A DNA stretch of 46,717 bases, filler included, from Catajapyx aquilonaris (Eukaryota), in assembly GCA_000934665.2 (NCBI GenBank). It is 2 parts of 2 records of this genome, joined end to end, with 100 filler letters (N's around TTAATTAATTAA, not from the genome) between each part and the next. Parts side by side here need not be neighbours in the genome. Positions count along the whole stretch, not along the records: positions 1 to 22,193 come from KZ539439.1; 1 more part is not named here. One strand, written 5' to 3'. Below are positions 1 to 13,708 of this stretch, one piece after another. The number at the start of each line of letters is the position of its first letter. The stretch's first letter is position 1. The translations under genes and the position numbers were made by a program. The notes beneath the pieces were generated by a model. It saw only the letters and a list, made by a program, of their open reading frames with translations. It ran no database searches and was not told the origin of the DNA.

Positions 1-79
1 GGGGGGGAAGGGAGGGGGGTGAGATGAGAACGTGGGAAAGGCAGGAGGACCACCAGCATAACTGATGGAAATTCAAAGT

Positions 80-545
80 AAAAAAGTAATCCGTGTTAAA
101 AATGCCGCATCTGGTCAGCAGCAGCAGACTTCGTGAAAATATTTTTTTTGACCATTTAGACTCAAAAAAGTGCCGTTTTCAGATTTATTCTGGTGTTTGT
201 TTGACAAGATCTACCAGCATACCAAATTTTAGCATCCTAGGACCACTGGAAGTGCCGTATAATTTTGATGATCAGTCAGTCAGTGAGTGAGTCAGTGAGT
301 GAGTGTCATATTTTGGCCGTTTTGGGAGTTTTTAGGATTTTTTAAGTCGGAAATGAAAAGAGATATGAACATGGAAGTAAGGGGGCATTATTTTTAATCG
401 ATTTTTATCTACCCAAATAAAATTTTTGAAGCCACGTGTGTTCACCAGTGCGAAGATTCGAGGAGGTTAAAATGACGTGAGTTGTGTCGGGTAAAGGTGG
501 TCCGGCAGTGCGGCGAGAACTTGGCGGGGGCTCTGCCGTGCCCCC
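80..545. mobile_element. Probable end of a non-autonomous DNA element (Helentron/DINE-like or MITE); left boundary uncertain
   Basis: Internal (CAGT/GAGT)n microsatellite at 273-304; GC-rich terminal hairpin GGGGGC-TCTGCCGT-GCCCCC at 526-545 followed by an AT-rich flank. Confidence 0.45.
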
Positions 546-1985
546 TAATATACGTTAATTAAGCCGAAATAGTCAAAATTAACCAGTGTGTTTTTAATCG
601 GCATAATGCCCATAAATGCCCATCTTTTGAAATACACTGTATATTATTAATTTAATTCAGCCTGTTCGGTTGCTGTTCTAAGGAAACCAAGCAAGTTGAG
701 AGGAAGGACACGATTTCTCTGTAATTTTACACTCGATCCGAGTCTGCTAGAGGGCGTTCTCACTGCAGTTTAACTCCAGATGAACAGATTAAGAGCAAGA
801 CGGTATTCTGCTCAAGTGCTTCCTTACAAAAACCGGCAACTACAAAGAACAGATTGCTCATAAAATATTCCAGTAAAGATGACAGGTGGAGGAAGTCGTA
901 ATAACCACCCTACATTATCAGGGCGTATAGGAGCAGGCAAGGTTTTAGTGCAAAATGTGCAATTTTGATGACCAAACACATTAGCAGTGTTTCAGGTGGA
1001 ATTGCCGGCGGACTTGCACTACTTTCATTACTGGCCAAAGCAGTTTTGGAGGCACACGGCCTCCGTTTCCTTCGTCTCAAATCTGTAATTTTCCTAATGC
1101 ACATACCTCATACCTAAGATCAAAGGTTTCTGGCAAGCACTTGAGAGATGTGAACCAACTCCACAAAGTGGCCTGGTAGTTTCTCAAAGGACAAAAGCCA
1201 CGTTATTCGGACAGCCGTCATTCCCACGGGTTTCTTGGATGCTCCGGATAGAGACTGATGCTCCCGGAATTGAAACACACTGCTGAACAGGTCGTATACT
1301 TTCTTTTTAAAAAAAGTGTGCATGTAGCCGTAATGTAGAAGACGAAGCAGAAAAAAAACTGGTCATGCAAGTTTGAATGCGTTGCCTCGTCCGCGACACT
1401 GCGAAAGTCCCTGTTGGTTTCTCAGAATACCAAAACAGGTTGCGGGGATATAAATATGTAATTGCACACGGCTAGGCCTGAATAAGACGTCACCCCTAAG
1501 AAAACCTGAATAACACCTGAAGACCACTGCCTGAAGGGTTGAGTACTTGAAAAGGAAGCTGAAAAAATAAGATCTGAACTTATTCTTCACGCGAATCTAG
1601 AAACTATTCCAGGAACTTGTGGTTTTCACATTTTGCCAGCAATTCCCAGACAGTAGCTGACAAAAGTTCTGTATATGTGCATAGGCGGATTATAATTAAC
1701 TGAGCGCCGAAGGTCTCAGCTAAACTCAGATTAACACAACTGCTGCCATATGTGCTTGGCATAGACTGATGCCTGAGGTATTAAAATCAGGAAGCAAATA
1801 GACAGGTTAAAGTTTACTTTATTTGATTTATATTAAAAGAACAAAGTCAATAAAGCCTATGAGGTATTTCATTATGCTATTAATTAGTAGCATGGAAATA
1901 ATGAAGGACTCGAGTTTCCTGCAGGCTCTTTTCTAGGTACAGTAGTGTGCAATAAAGATGGGAATGGACCAGCAGGATTCAACAA

Positions 1986-2038
1986 ATTGAAAAACGTTGT
2001 GACGGTTAAAAACCGTTGCCGTCACAACGTTTTTCAAT
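1986..2038. repeat. Perfect 20-bp inverted repeat with 13-nt loop
   Basis: ATTGAAAAACGTTGTGACGG (1986-2005) and CCGTCACAACGTTTTTCAAT (2019-2038). Confidence 0.9.
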
Positions 2039-2114
2039 CATTCCAACGGTTTTATTGACCCTCGTACCTTCCCACGTTTTTGCTCATAACTGTACAATGC
2101 ATCACATATATGTA

Positions 2115-3461
2115 TTGGGGGGTCGAAAAAACACATTTTTGAAAGTTGGAATGCAAGAGTGAAAAAAAGTTGTGTTAGGTGATCCTTATGACGTGTGAAA
2201 AATATAGGTCACGTGAGTCATCTGTAATAGGGTACGCTAGGGGCGTATCTGAGGTGACCTCACATCACTTCCGGGTTATCACTTTTTTGGGTGCGGGTAC
2301 ACTTCCTTTACTGAAACACGGGAAAGTGTGGCCCCTCTGGTCAAAATTTCGTTATTTTTGCGATATTTTGCACCGTTTACGAGATAAGGCCCAACACAAA
2401 GCGCAGAAAATTACGGAAACTTTCACTGTTCTACAAAAAAAATAATTTTATTTTTTCTGAAAATGTGAATAGTGAATCTTATTGTAAATTTCGCGCTGAA
2501 TCAAAATCTCTGCTCAGAAGGTTCCTGTCAGGCACAGTTTTTCAGAGATATATTTTTAAAGTTTGGACCAATCAAGTGAGCCGAAATCTTTATACATCAT
2601 CTCGGATCTTCGTGAAAATAATCACAGATGCACAGACATATGCCATGATGCTACATATCACGGGAGGGGAAAAATTTAAAATCTTTGAAAATTGCCGAAA
2701 ATGCGGTCTTTTTTGGAGATTTTTTTCAATAGTGGAATAGGTCAAATCCCAATGAACATAATTATGAATCAAAAGAAAGAGAAACGACAGGATAATGCGC
2801 CTATGGAATTAGGTTTTCTCCAACATTTAACGAAAATCTCTTTACATTTCATTGGTCACTTGCTCAGACACATGCCCAAGATTTATTTCCAAAGTTTCTC
2901 GCTTTCTTCCCTCCCAATGGTATTGCACAATGTGGCTGAAACTTGATATGCAGCATATGTCTGTGCATCTGTGATTATTTTCACCAAGATCCGAGATGAT
3001 GTATAAAGATTTCGGATCACTTGATTCGGAAAGACCCCTAGTCAACCGGCCCAAACTTTTTTTTAAAAAAAATACGCGAAATTTACAATAAGATTTACTA
3101 TTCACATTCTCAAAAAAAGAAAGAAGAGGTTTTTTTTTGTAGAACAGTGAAATTTTCCATAATTTTCTGCCCTTTGTGGTGGGCCTTATCTCGTAAACGG
3201 TGCAAGATATCGCAAAAATAACAAAATTTTGGCCCACTGAGGCACACCTTCCCATGTTTAGGTAAAAGTAGTGTACCCGTACCCAAAAAAGTGACAACCC
3301 GGAAGTGATGTGATGTCACCTCAGATAAGCCCCTCGCGGACCCATTACAGATGACTCACGTGACCTATATTTTTCCCACGTCATAAGGATCACCCAACAC
3401 AACTTTTTTTCACTCTTGCATTCCAATTTCAAAAAAAATGTGTTTTTTCGACCACCCCTAA
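2115..3461. mobile_element. Foldback MITE with about 0.5-kb inverted arms and TA flanks (Tc1/mariner-type target site)
   Basis: About 2115-2660 is the diverged reverse complement of about 2944-3461 (e.g. CACCGTTTACGAGATAAGGCCCA vs TGGGCCTTATCTCGTAAACGGTG; GGTCGAAAAAACACATTTTT vs AAAAATGTGTTTTTTCGACC); TA at 2113-2114 and 3462-3463; no transposase ORF. Confidence 0.85.
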
Positions 3462-6272
3462 TATGCATACCTGACCTAAAAATGGGTCTCGGCCCATTTA
3501 CTCGCCCAATTTCAAGCGGAAAGAATTTTCTCACTACCCTGTACCGCGCCCTGAGGATAGTGATTAGCACGCGCATCATGTTGCTCGTGAAAGACGGCTC
3601 ATTAATATTTGCCTACACTGCATCACACTGCAAATAACATCATTAGACATTCATCAACATGTCATTTACCTCCCGCACTTCGCAAATGGGGCTTGTTTTC
3701 ATCCCCCTCGATTTTTTTCTCTCCCTGGAGGATCGCTAATTGTCCTGGCCCTAACAACCTAAAGAAGCCACTGAAAATCCACCGGCATTTAAAACAGAGA
3801 CGATTTAACCCTATTCTGTCCATGGTCTTCTTGTAAAATATGCAAATATTGAATTCTACCTGGCAGGTGTTGTGTTGCGGGTTAGAGGGCTTGGAAAGTG
3901 GGTACCGATCTCGCTAAACTTTGCCTCGCCAATTTTGCTAACGAGATGCTAAAAGCTCACTCTACACACTGGTTTTCCTAATGGCCCCAATTTGCTTTTC
4001 TTAGAGGATAAATAGGAGCGCACTTTTACCTCGTTTCATGCACGATAAAATAAGCGGCGTTCTAGTGGGCGCCAGAGTCGGCTGCTGCCACACGATATAG
4101 TCCCTTCGGGGAGCATATTTTAAGAAATCCAAGCCAACCAGATTCTCCCCCTTTCCCTCCCTGCTCTGTTTTTTTTTTATCTAGCCCTCCTTCCCCTACT
4201 CCCACTCCCTAAATGGCTCCATTAAAGTGGTCAATTCATTTCAGCGTAGTGGGCGATAAGGAGAAAAAATAAGGGAGATTTTAGGGAGAAACGAGTTTTT
4301 TTTTTGGAAAGCGAGAATTCCTGTATGATAATGTTCAACATGGTGCACAGATCGACCGCAGCCCAATGTATGGTCGTACGGTACGCAAGATGTTACGAAT
4401 AAGTGACCCATTTTTAGGGATTTTTGGGTTTCGAAATTAGTGGGTTTAATTTATACCCTTAGTTCGATTGTGTTTTAGCTAATATGTTTTTAAAAGTTCT
4501 GACTTACATGTTGTCTTTACTAAGCAAGTGACAATACCAATGGCAACAAAGGTGACGTCAATCCAAACTGGATTATACATGTACAGTATTTGAAGATTGT
4601 ACTGTTTGCCGGTATGCAAGTGTAACTTGGCAGGAGAGTTTACTTTCCCGCAGGTCATTCATAAAGATCAGTGCTTACTGTCCTTCCTAATTAATTCACT
4701 TAAATATTTGAACTACGCATTTTCCTCGAAAAATGAATATATAAATTATTTAGTTTTTCGTCTATTAGCCTATCTAGAGCCACAGCAGAGGCCATTTCCT
4801 GGAAGCTAGTATCGAGCGTTTTTTAATGCGGAACATTGTGTTTTAATAGCTAATGCTAATATTTGCAGCTTCTAAGTTCAACATAATTTGAAAAGAGCAG
4901 TAACTACTTAAAGTGCCAGAAAATGAATACCCAGCAATGGAAAGCATTGTACCTACAAGTGACATCCTCAACCAGTTCTTTAAAGTTGTATTGACCATTT
5001 GACTTCATACAGGATTCAATAGATATTGGTATATGTGGGCTACAGGAATATAGGTCTTTATCGGAATATCAGCATATTTTAAAATAGTTTCCGTTTAAAA
5101 TAATAATATATAATTATACGCTATTAATGACGTCACAAAACACTAGCAGAAGCGGTAACTAATCGTTCAATCCTTTGGAGTATGAAATAGACGTCGAATT
5201 TCAATCACAGGATTCGGTCCCGTTTCATCGCCCCTAACAATTATAAATTTAACATCACGACTTAAAATTCTAACCATATTAACTCTAGCACGGAGAAACG
5301 TAATTAGTAATTACTATCGTTTTTGATTTGTTCGTCAGTGCGTCTAACAGTACTTTCAATAACTGTCAGCCAAATTACGTTACAAATTGCACTTGGCGTA
5401 CTGTACACGTTGATTCGGACTGGGACTTGTCCAGCACACAATGACGTCGCTCAGGTCCCCAGGATTGGAATCCCGCCGGCTGTTTGACGTCACCATTTGC
5501 ACACCACAAACAGGCATAAAAACTGCTCATTAATAAACCCGGGCTTCGATTAAAGTGAAAAATTCCAGTTGGCTTGCAGTAATTATTACTTTCTGTATCC
5601 CTGCTGTGTTCTCTAGATTTGTCGCAACTGTAGTCATACGTACTGCATGTAATGAATCCATGGACGAGCAAACTGACGCGGAGGATTTGACAAACACGAT
5701 AGCATGAAACGTACAAATTGTGACCAATTCATGCGTTCTGAGCGGACGAGGAAAAAAAAAGTGGTATAGAGACAGACAAAAATGTCCTTCCGACTCCGAA
5801 TTATTTTGTTCCTGGAAACAAGCTGCATTCCATGTTCATTTGTGGCATTGTCGTTGCCACTGGAGTGAACTTGTTTGCAAAACTTTGGGGAGACGTCCCA
5901 TGATAAGAAAGTCGTTAAGGACTGGAGAAGATTTATCTGGGCTGCATTATACTTGCGCCTTGAAGCATTCGCCTAGGCGCGAAAGAAATCACCCTCTCGG
6001 AGTCGTTTGGAAGATGTCGAAAGTTTTTTTCCTCAAGATTTCCAGGCTGATCGGTAAGTGCGATGTTAAATCTCCCATTAAGCAATTTCCGTAAACGTCG
6101 GTCTGGAGGACGATGTCACGATGTGGTTTATTACTCAGCTGTTAATCAACGTGACATTATGTAGATAAATCACAATATTATTTTTATATGTGACTTGGAA
6201 CATGTCGGATTCTTCTTGCTTGTGAGATATGATCTCGAAGTGTCGCAGTCGAGGTCCAATAATACACTGGTT

Positions 6273-6741
<469 letters not shown>

Positions 6742-7436
6742 ACTGGTTGAAAACAACTTGTTCATCAGGCAAGCCTCCGCCGAATCCGTCTCACGACTGG
6801 TCTCAAAAGCAGGAAGCCTCCCCACAGACCATCAACTGACACCCTCGATACCCCCAAATCCAAGGCATCTAGCGGAAACACTCACAACTCCCTTACAGCC
6901 CCATCTGATGGATGCTCATGATCCTTGGAATGGCATGTATTGAAATGGCTCTTCTTTGGCGCAAGATGGCTGACTATATTTACCTATATTCAAAGAATCT
7001 TCTGCAATTTTTACACCCTAAATTATTGAAACTATCATTGCATTAATAACTTCCAATTTACATCCAGTTTTAAGCTTTCAAGAAGGTTGATATAATCTAT
7101 TCGTGCTATAGAATCATGACTGTGAAGATGTGAGCATGTAGGTGCTTTCCACTGGCCAGTAATTTTGGCAAGTTTTTCTGGACAAAAATGGCGTCAAAAT
7201 GCGGGGAAAAAAATCGCACCGGATTGTGACAGGCCCCCATTCAGATGCAGCAGATCTGGATAATCAACGAACCTCGCTCCCCGCAAACCACCACAGTCAA
7301 TTATTCCTACGAGGCTTATTAGGGCCCAGTGGTTATATCTGATTATCCAGAGACGTGTCGCTGATTCACGTCTCTGTATCGCTTTTGGGAGCGCTTCGGA
7401 TATACGCTATTTCGAGTCCCCCCCCCCCCCTGTCCG

Positions 7437-7459
7437 NNNNNNNNNNNNNNNNNNNNNNN
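7437..7459. other. Assembly gap (N run) between C-rich and G-rich tracts
   Basis: 23 N. Confidence 0.95.
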
Positions 7460-10400
7460 GGGGGGTGGGCGAGAGGGGATTAGGGCTGGCGATATCTGGC
7501 TGGAAGACTTGAAAGGCTTTTTCCCCAACTTCAACGCTGTTCGCCCGTGTTATGTATGGCGGGCATTGCGTTAGATGGCTTGCAAACCCCCAGTGCAATT
7601 GATCCCTGGGCCTGTTTTGCCCAACTTCAAAAGAGGCCTGTGAGTGTACATGCCAGTGTTGTGGATGGGGAGGTGGGATGGGGGGGGGGGGATTCGATAC
7701 TTCAGAAGGTTCCAAATGCAGTTTCCATCACCAGGGATGGAGGCGGGGGTGAGGGGGGGGGAATGGGAGAGGGATCAGGAACGACGTCATTCAAAAGGGA
7801 AATGGACACGAAAGGTTTGAACCTCTGGAACCTATTCAAATTCTGGAAATAAACAGCGTTTGAGCCGACACAGCAAATCTGGGATACAATTCCGAGGAAC
7901 GTATCCAAAGAGCGTCCACACGGAGGGACTTGCACATACTTGAAGCTTTTATAACGGTCGTAAGCTTTCGTTTTCGTATTACGCATCTGGTTTTTGTATG
8001 AAAATTTTCAGAACATTTTCAATAGCTGGGCTCTGGAGTGTTTTTTTCATAGTCTTCCTGAGCGGCGTTCCATATTCGATGTATGCCAGCTGTTGATGCC
8101 TTTGTTTACTGGATGGTTCGCCGTGATATACCGTACACTACGCCTTTCCATTCCCATGTCTACCTTTTCTGGTGACACTGTCGGGAAATTGACAGGATAT
8201 AATATTAAGCCTCGGTCTCATGAAGTCACTTACTCTCCCTTACTCGTAGACGAATTCTGTCATCCTCGAAAAAGTGATTTTAGGCCATTAATTTTACACT
8301 ATTTTTTGAGAAAAACCCTTATCCTTTGGTAACATAAAACCACTTTACTGAGTTCAGAAGCACAGGCTATATCTGCGATTTCCCATCCTTATTATCCTCG
8401 TTATTCGCTGGCACCCCAGTTTTTTTTTGGGGGGGGGGGGAAGCCGGAATATGATGATGATGATGATGATTTGGTTCATTGCATTCATGAGAACGATTAC
8501 AATACAACCCATGCGGCCTTCAGGAGAATCTCAAACACATCCATCAAACAGAAAAATGCGTATGCAATGTTGTCTAGCTACTTTGATTCGAATAACATCA
8601 AACTCGTTTACAACAGTGTGTAACGCGAAGTTGCAAGCGAATGAAGACATTTTTCCCAATACCCCCTATTCTAAAATGTTCAGAACCTTCCCAAAAGCTG
8701 GACATTACTCATCCATGGGAGATATCACTGTCCAGCACTATATAGGGTGGTTTCAGGGAAGCCATACAATCGCCATGCTGTATGGGACAAATCAGCCCTT
8801 GAAATTCATCCATAAAAAGTATCATAGAGGCATGTGAACGGCTTGGGCTTCCCAATTCCACATGATCTCTTCTTCCTTACTCCCACGGCACAAATTTCCA
8901 GAAATAGAACTCGACTGAAGAGGAAACTATACATAAAAAGGAGATAGCGAAGTCCTTTCGCATTGCAGGGCAAGCAAATAAAATTGATAGTTATTTCAAC
9001 TAGCACTATGGATCTATTCAGTCTATATACCAGATTGCGTTAATTCGTGTCAAGCGCTTTAGGATGCCTATAGCGTTCCCCACGGAGCCACACTGGCCGT
9101 TGTGAATATGCCTTTGAGAGTTTTATGGGGATTTCTAACGGAAGTGCAGACCACTATGTTCCTGCATGGCCTCGTTTATCCGTTGAATACCTGGTCATCG
9201 TCCGGAGATGATTCCACACTTTTGATGAGCCAATAGAGGGGCATTTTTACACCCGGAAGGTGAGCTTGGCCAAAGCATAACCACTCGTTACGTTATTACT
9301 CAAATAGAGTCTGGAGATTTTATCAGATGTCAAGTGTTACATGTCATGTAGACTAACAAATAATGTACATTTCTTTAGTTCAAGATCTTTCTCAGAATAT
9401 GGAAGCAAAATCAAGGGGCACCTCGAAGCCCTTTTTTTTTAGAAAGTGTTATATAACGTAAGAGGAAAGACCAGAGTTGTGTATAGGTCACGCTGACACA
9501 ACCTGTGTCCCGAGGTCGATATGTTATACGACCAACCTGGGCTAACCAGAAAAATACTGACTTTTTGAAAGCCAACGGCACGGCGGGCAGGCGGACAGTT
9601 GCAGGCACGTAACGGGCAAGCAAGCGATGTGAAAGGAAGCCCTGGCACAGCCGTTGAGGTGCGGGGAGACCACAATGGAACGTCGGTGATTTTGAACCCT
9701 CCGCCGATAGACTGGCGTTTCCTCTAAAAGGGGGAGCCCAGGGTGGAGAAGTTAGAGCGGGAGGGTGGATTTAAAATTCCTAATCGGAAGTGACAGGGCG
9801 AATTCGCCGGCAGGAATTCGACTGCCCTGCGACTCATTTAACCTATCCACGTGAGCTCTCACTCATCGGGAACGGATATCCTATGACTCGCTTTCTGTTC
9901 TCGGAGGTTGCATGGGAAGGTAAGTCATACCCTCCATGTGCTCTGAATAGGGAACACTCAGCATAACATAACTAAGTTCAAAAACAGTACCCGTAGCATA
10001 CTAAGAAAAGGGGCTGAACTCGACTTTACAAGCGGGTTACCGTACGATCAAGACAATAGTTTCTGTGGGTTCTTGACCAAGTGTTTCGGGGATTTGCCCC
10101 GGGTTTTAACCGGCGCTCTGGCACAGAGGCTGTGGATTTAATTCCTGAAGTCGGACCTGTTTGAGATGCGTGAGCTTGACCTCTACGATGTTATCGATAC
10201 GTTGTCTAGATTACGACATTCACTGCACTGCTAAAAGTAGGTTACCTGTATAGGTACTCAGTGAAGATATTTTGAATGCTTGTTTTTTTTCTAAAAATTA
10301 CTTCTTAATATTAGGAAATTTAGAGTAATTGCTAACATAATAAAACAATTCAGCTATAGCCCTGTTTATCTACACTACAAATTGTTCATAAAACCAACAA

Positions 10401-13078
10401 GTTTGAGCCAATTAGAGGATCGCGTACCTTGTCCGACTCGCTTCAAAATCGCACCGGGCATGAACATACCGGTAATCCATTCCATTCTAAAAGCACCTTT
10501 TCACACTGCATACATTGGGTAGTGCTGGCCACAAATCGTGTTTATAATATTCTGTCGCGGACGCCTCCCACTCACCCCACTTGCGTGACAACGCATTAAA
10601 AGCTCTACACCGCCGGCCGCACTTCAATGCCAAACATGCCAGAAGAGCTGTAAACTGCACTGTAGGCTTCAATTTATACCGATAAATCCAACTATCATAT
10701 TTCATCTCATTCGAATCCATATAGCCAATGATTATTCCACTTGTAAGAGTGCGATCCTGAACTTGGCGGTTGGAATCCCCCAACGGAAGATCTGGAAAGT
10801 AATACAACCACGCCAAATTTGAGTTTGAAATGTGTTCTGGCTAAGAATACTATTTAGGTGTAACCTGTAGCACAGCATTTTCAAAAAAGGTTTTACTTCA
10901 TGTCTCCCCCCTTATTCTCAATTAGGGTCCATAATGACGCAGCTCCCCGCCTTCTGCCACAAGCCGCGCTTTTCGATTTAATATCCCGAGATGCAATTGA
11001 GGAGGAAAATCTCCCTCAGGGTGGGCTCCCTCCGACCCCCACACCTCTCTCCCCGCTCCCTCATCACCCTGCCATACTTTCTCCACCTGCCAAGCTCGGG
11101 TCTTGCCCCTTGGCCCTAATGGCCCTTACTAGGATACGGGAAGCCGGCTCAAAATTAACCACCACGCCAATATGCTAGACTGATCCTCAGACCTGCTTAA
11201 AATAATGATGGTGGGTAGGTGGCGCTGGGGAGGTGGGTAGGTGGCGTTGGGGAGGTGGGGTCGGGCGGGGGGATGGAAAAGCGGGTTATTTCTGCCGCTT
11301 CGCTGGAGCGGCAGAAAAGATTACAAGGAGACGGAGGAAGAGACAGTGGGAAAAAAGGAGGAAAAAAAATTGTAAAGAGCTTCAACACTCCCCCTCCACA
11401 GCACAGGGGGCAATGGAGCCATTAGCAAAATGTCACAAGATGGCAGGCTGGCAACAGCACCAGAATTTCGACATCCTCATCCTTCCAGGATTTATGGGTG
11501 TTATCAAAATAATACCGGGGGCTATGGTGATAATAAACCTGGAGAGGGTGGGGAGGATCAGTTAGCTTTCGGTAAGGTAAATGAGGTGTATTCAAGGGAT
11601 TCAGCCACCTTTCTACCTGACCTCTTCCAACCTTGCAGTAAGCTGTAGACTATCACTTCAAAATGGACCAATCAGACTGCTAGTTCGGAATTGCCAGCGT
11701 GATTCTAATCTGGGCTGCGGTAAGTTGGTAACGAGAGTGTAAAGATCCGCTGATGCCCCCCGAGGTGTCAAGACACTTGAGCCCAGATTCGTTTATAGGC
11801 GTACAGGGTGTGTAGCAAGGTTCTATAATCATGGAATGGTAATATTTTTCAGGAGGAGTATTCATTTGTCACACCTGACTACCATGTAAGGAGGGATTAG
11901 CTTGTTCTTTGTTGTAGATATGACAATGAAACCGAAGCAGATAACTTATAAAGCCTTTTAATTATACACTAAAAGTATCGTAGTTTAAAAAATTAAGAGC
12001 CAGTTGTAACAGTTACATGACCTTGACTGATCCAACCACTACTCCAGAAACTCTGCTGTGCAGACGTATAGTTTGTTATTCTTATGAGTCAATTCTGCCA
12101 ATTTAATTAGAGGGGAGCTAGTGTATCTATCTCTGGTTATTATTAGAGCATAAGTAACAAAAAGTAAATATTGAAGCAAGTAACATTGTGAGAGTTTCGC
12201 AGTAAATTATTTTAGGTAAGTTATCCACTTAGAGTGCTGTAACACAGTATTGAACTCAGAACGAAGTTATATGTTTTAAAAACTTGCAACGATGCAAGAA
12301 CTTCGTATAGGACAAGTGTAGGTCGATATGGACAACATTTATGCGATGGTATCAACATAGCACTTTACCAAAATCTATGAAAACATGCCCTTAGGCAACA
12401 TAAAAACTGTGCGAAGTGTACTGTATACTGTAAACGACATTATCATAGATTCACCACACTCTAATACTGTATATGGCGCAAAATCGAAGTTTTATTTCTA
12501 ATTTCAGCTGTGATGAAAGGTACTGCACGTTTGTCGGCAGGTCATTTTATTTTTCTGACGATACATACGAGAAAGAGGCGATCTCGCAAAAATCCCATCA
12601 GTCATTATTATCACGCTTATATCCTGATCTCTAGGCAACCTCTGTAAGGCGCGCTAGCCCATCTGCCAGGAGATCTCCCTACAAAGAGGGGTCGTGTGTG
12701 TTGCCGCCTGTGTCTAGCGGTAGGGCAATGTTTCTGGTCGTCTACCTAGTTACAGGTTGGTCTCTCGACATTATTTTGAGGGGTATGGTGGAAAAACATG
12801 ATAACTGACAAAAGGGTAATTTTTCAGGAGAGCGAATTGAAGTTTGCATTTTCTTAGCAAATAATATAGGGAATGCTGATTGTGATCTAGTCCGTGTGTC
12901 CGTCTCATGCATGATACATGAACTTGGAGTATACCAAACTGTTTGTCATGTCTTATACATAGTTGCTAGGTGTTTAGGTAAAAATGACAAAAAATGTCAG
13001 TTAAGTTATCATGTTTTTCCACCACATCCCTCATTTCTCCTCCCTACATTTTAGACTTGGTTATGGCCAATGAATGTA

Positions 13079-13178
13079 CTATATCGCCCAAAAAGATAGA
13101 GACGATTTTGCATTTGACTCAAGTGCAACTTGCACTTGAATCAAATGCCAATCGTCTCTATCTTTTTGAGCGATATAG
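13079..13178. mobile_element. 100-bp palindromic MITE with TA flanks
   Basis: CTATATCGCCCAAAAAGATAGAGACGATTTTGCATTTGACTCAAGTGCAA-C-TTGCACTTGAATCAAATGCCAATCGTCTCTATCTTTTTGAGCGATATAG; TA at 13077-13078 and 13179-13180. Confidence 0.8.
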
Positions 13179-13708
13179 TACCTTAGTACCACTTGCGGCT
13201 TGACCTACTAGTAAGAAACACCATGTATAATACATCGAAACTGGAATATAACCGAGGCTGTTGGGAAAGGTAATGGATTCCACGAGAGGCCCAGAAATTG
13301 GGTGCAAATGTCTGTCACGCGTAAACTGAGTGAAGAAATGAATATCGGCTGTCAGATTCGAGTGCTCTCGTCCCGAAATTTAACGCATTTTCACGCAATT
13401 CCCAACATTTTATATCACCACTTCGTTCATAATTTTTTTTGCGTATGTCGGAAATTTTTGCGTAAGTCCGAATCTACGTATATCGGAGCTACGTAAATCT
13501 GGGACTGGCGGTTTATTTGTAGTAAGTTACTTGTGGGCTCCTACCATCTACATTTTGCTCATACAGGTACTATGGGGCTCAAATTGTTTTGGTCACTTTA
13601 TCCTGGTCTTGAAGCAACCCTTCGCACATGCCCCACGGTGTTCAGGTCTCGCATAGGGTCTGGGGACCAAGGTTGGTGCTTTGACTGTAGCTCTGGGTAC
13701 ATTCCTCA

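Noticed and set aside
840..1650. Possible decayed transposase (e.g. TIPGTCGFH near 1600-1630)
   Set aside because: Only a short motif-like match amid many stops; cannot be supported without a BLASTX search
2179..3579. Pairs of similar ORFs on opposite strands (e.g. 2179-2445 + and 3110-3319 -)
   Set aside because: Similarity is a by-product of the inverted repeat arms; no transposase motifs
5640..6000. Fragments resembling the piggyBac C-terminus (GGFDKHD...KKKWYR) or a globin H helix
   Set aside because: Needs frameshifts and read-through of stops, spacing is wrong, and the two interpretations conflict
9760..9930. Possible plus-strand first exon ending in AAG|GTAAGT
   Set aside because: An isolated donor-like site with no identifiable downstream exon chain
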